A stretch of DNA of 61,095 nt, filler included, from Basidiobolus ranarum (lineage: Eukaryota), in assembly GCA_040143965.1 (NCBI GenBank). It is 9 parts of 9 records of this genome, joined end to end, with 100 filler letters (N's around TTAATTAATTAA, not from the genome) between each part and the next. Parts side by side here need not be neighbours in the genome. Positions count along the whole stretch, not along the records: positions 54,416 to 61,095 come from JASJQH010008144.1; 8 more parts are not named here. One strand, written 5' to 3'. Below, in pieces: positions 60,023-61,095 of this stretch; position 1 is the stretch's first letter, and each line of letters starts with the position of its first letter. The notes beneath the pieces are model-generated. The model ran no database searches and had not been told where the DNA came from. It worked only from the letters and a program-made list of their open reading frames with translations. The position numbers were made by a program, and so were the translations under genes.

Positions 60023-61095
60023 CTATGGGGATACCTTTGGCCCGGCCACACTAAACCCGAAGAACATTCCCCAGGCAACTAGCATGGCGGCGCCCAACAT
60101 AGCTGCATAGAAGTAATTCATTCTGTTCACGGTTGGCTCGTAATTGGGATTCTCTAATGCGAGTTGTTCGCGACGAATCTTATCCTCAATCATAGGTTTA
60201 CGCTTCTTCAGATTAGCATCCAAGAGCCCATTGTATTTTGCCGAGTCAACATAGTAAAGCACTGCTGCTGCCACAATGGGTAGAAAGGTGAGAATGAATA
60301 AGAGAAGCATTACACCATCGTAGCTCTGTTTGTGAGTGTTATCCTGAATGATTCCGGTGGTGATATCAAGAATAACCGACCCAATGTTGTTAGATGCCTT
60401 ATAAATTCCCAAAGCAGTACCAACCATGTTTACATCGACTAATAATTGAATTGATGAAATCATTGCCACTGGACCCAGTGCAAGTGATATACTGAAAAGA
60501 ACCATAGGGCCAATAGGATTGACATGAGTGTAAGCTAAAAGACCGAAACAAATGGCCAAGAAGACACCAGACGTCAGTAAGATAAAGAGTCTATGACCGA
60601 AACGGTCGAAGATGAGACCAACAATAGGAACAACAAAGATGGGAACGACTTGGGCAATGCTGGAATTGTAAGCGGCCATTGCGTCACTTTTACCGTAACG
60701 AAACTTCATGAACTGAGTACTGATGATGAGAAAAGCGTTCCAAATAGCGGCCAAAAAGAATTCGATGAAGATAACAAGCCAGTAAGAATTGTTGAAATAT
60801 AACACCTTTCTGGGCTGAAATTGCTTCTTCTTCTTGATATTTGCAAGTTGTTCTTTAGTCATAAAGGTACGATTGCAATGCCGCATAAGCAACATATAGG
60901 CAATATTACAGACAACAGAAACAACACACAAAATTGCTCCCAGCCATAGAGGCCAACCATAGAATCCAGTTGCATCAATAAGTGGATGTGGGATCAAATT
61001 GCCAAGGAATGAGGCCAATCTAGCCCACGATAATTGGGCAGACAAAGCAAGGGCAGCTGCTCTTCCCTCAAACCACTGAGTGATGATAGTTTCCT
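60023..61095 (-). CDS. MFS transporter (MFSD1-like); 5'-truncated by window end
   Basis: More than 340 aa open, with many TM helices, WFEGRAAAL.LSAQLSWARLAS, MFS motif GLIFDRFGHR, and GTALGIYK. Confidence 0.88.
   Translation of the reverse strand, partial: ETIITQWFEGRAAALALSAQLSWARLASFLGNLIPHPLIDATGFYGWPLWLGAILCVVSVVCNIAYMLLMRHCNRTFMTKEQLANIKKKKQFQPRKVLYFNNSYWLVIFIEFFLAAIWNAFLIISTQFMKFRYGKSDAMAAYNSSIAQVVPIFVVPIVGLIFDRFGHRLFILLTSGVFLAICFGLLAYTHVNPIGPMVLFSISLALGPVAMISSIQLLVDVNMVGTALGIYKASNNIGSVILDITTGIIQDNTHKQSYDGVMLLLFILTFLPIVAAAVLYYVDSAKYNGLLDANLKKRKPMIEDKIRREQLALENPNYEPTVNRMNYFYAAMLGAAMLVAWGMFFGFSVAGPKVSP

Overview
Intron-rich eukaryotic DNA, most likely from an early-diverging fungus (Zoopagomycota/Mucoromycota-like; inferred from gene content, short GT-AG introns and velvet/GPCR families). 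The window is not one locus. It is nine unrelated contigs of about 6.7 kb, sorted by descending length (6720, 6714, 6708, 6705, 6702, 6695, 6690, 6681, 6680 bp) and joined by artificial 100-bp N44-TTAATTAATTAA-N44 spacers, so no linkage can be inferred across spacers. Recognisable genes: an uncharacterised conserved protein, a 7TM GPCR, PAB1 (3' part), an Apq12-like membrane protein, YAE1, an ITC1/ACF1-like WAC-DDT-WHIM protein, an F-box/LRR protein, a secreted Thr-rich repeat protein, NMA111, ALT1, a TauD-family dioxygenase, a compact velvet protein, two MFS transporters, an MBD4-like glycosylase and a SAP-less Tho1/MOS11-like protein. The rest is largely decayed, CpG-depleted mobile DNA (two Ty1/copia LTR families, PIF/Harbinger-type and pogo-type transposase relics, gag/protease relics) and pseudogenes (D-amino-acid-oxidase-like, TauD paralogue, SNW/PRP45-like, GPCR-like, barwin-like). 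I found no clearly intact novel system. The best leads are the oxidase/TauD block on contig 7, the barwin-like relic, the inverted pair of 38-aa-repeat ORF relics, and CpG decay alongside MBD4. All calls are by manual reading, without database searches.
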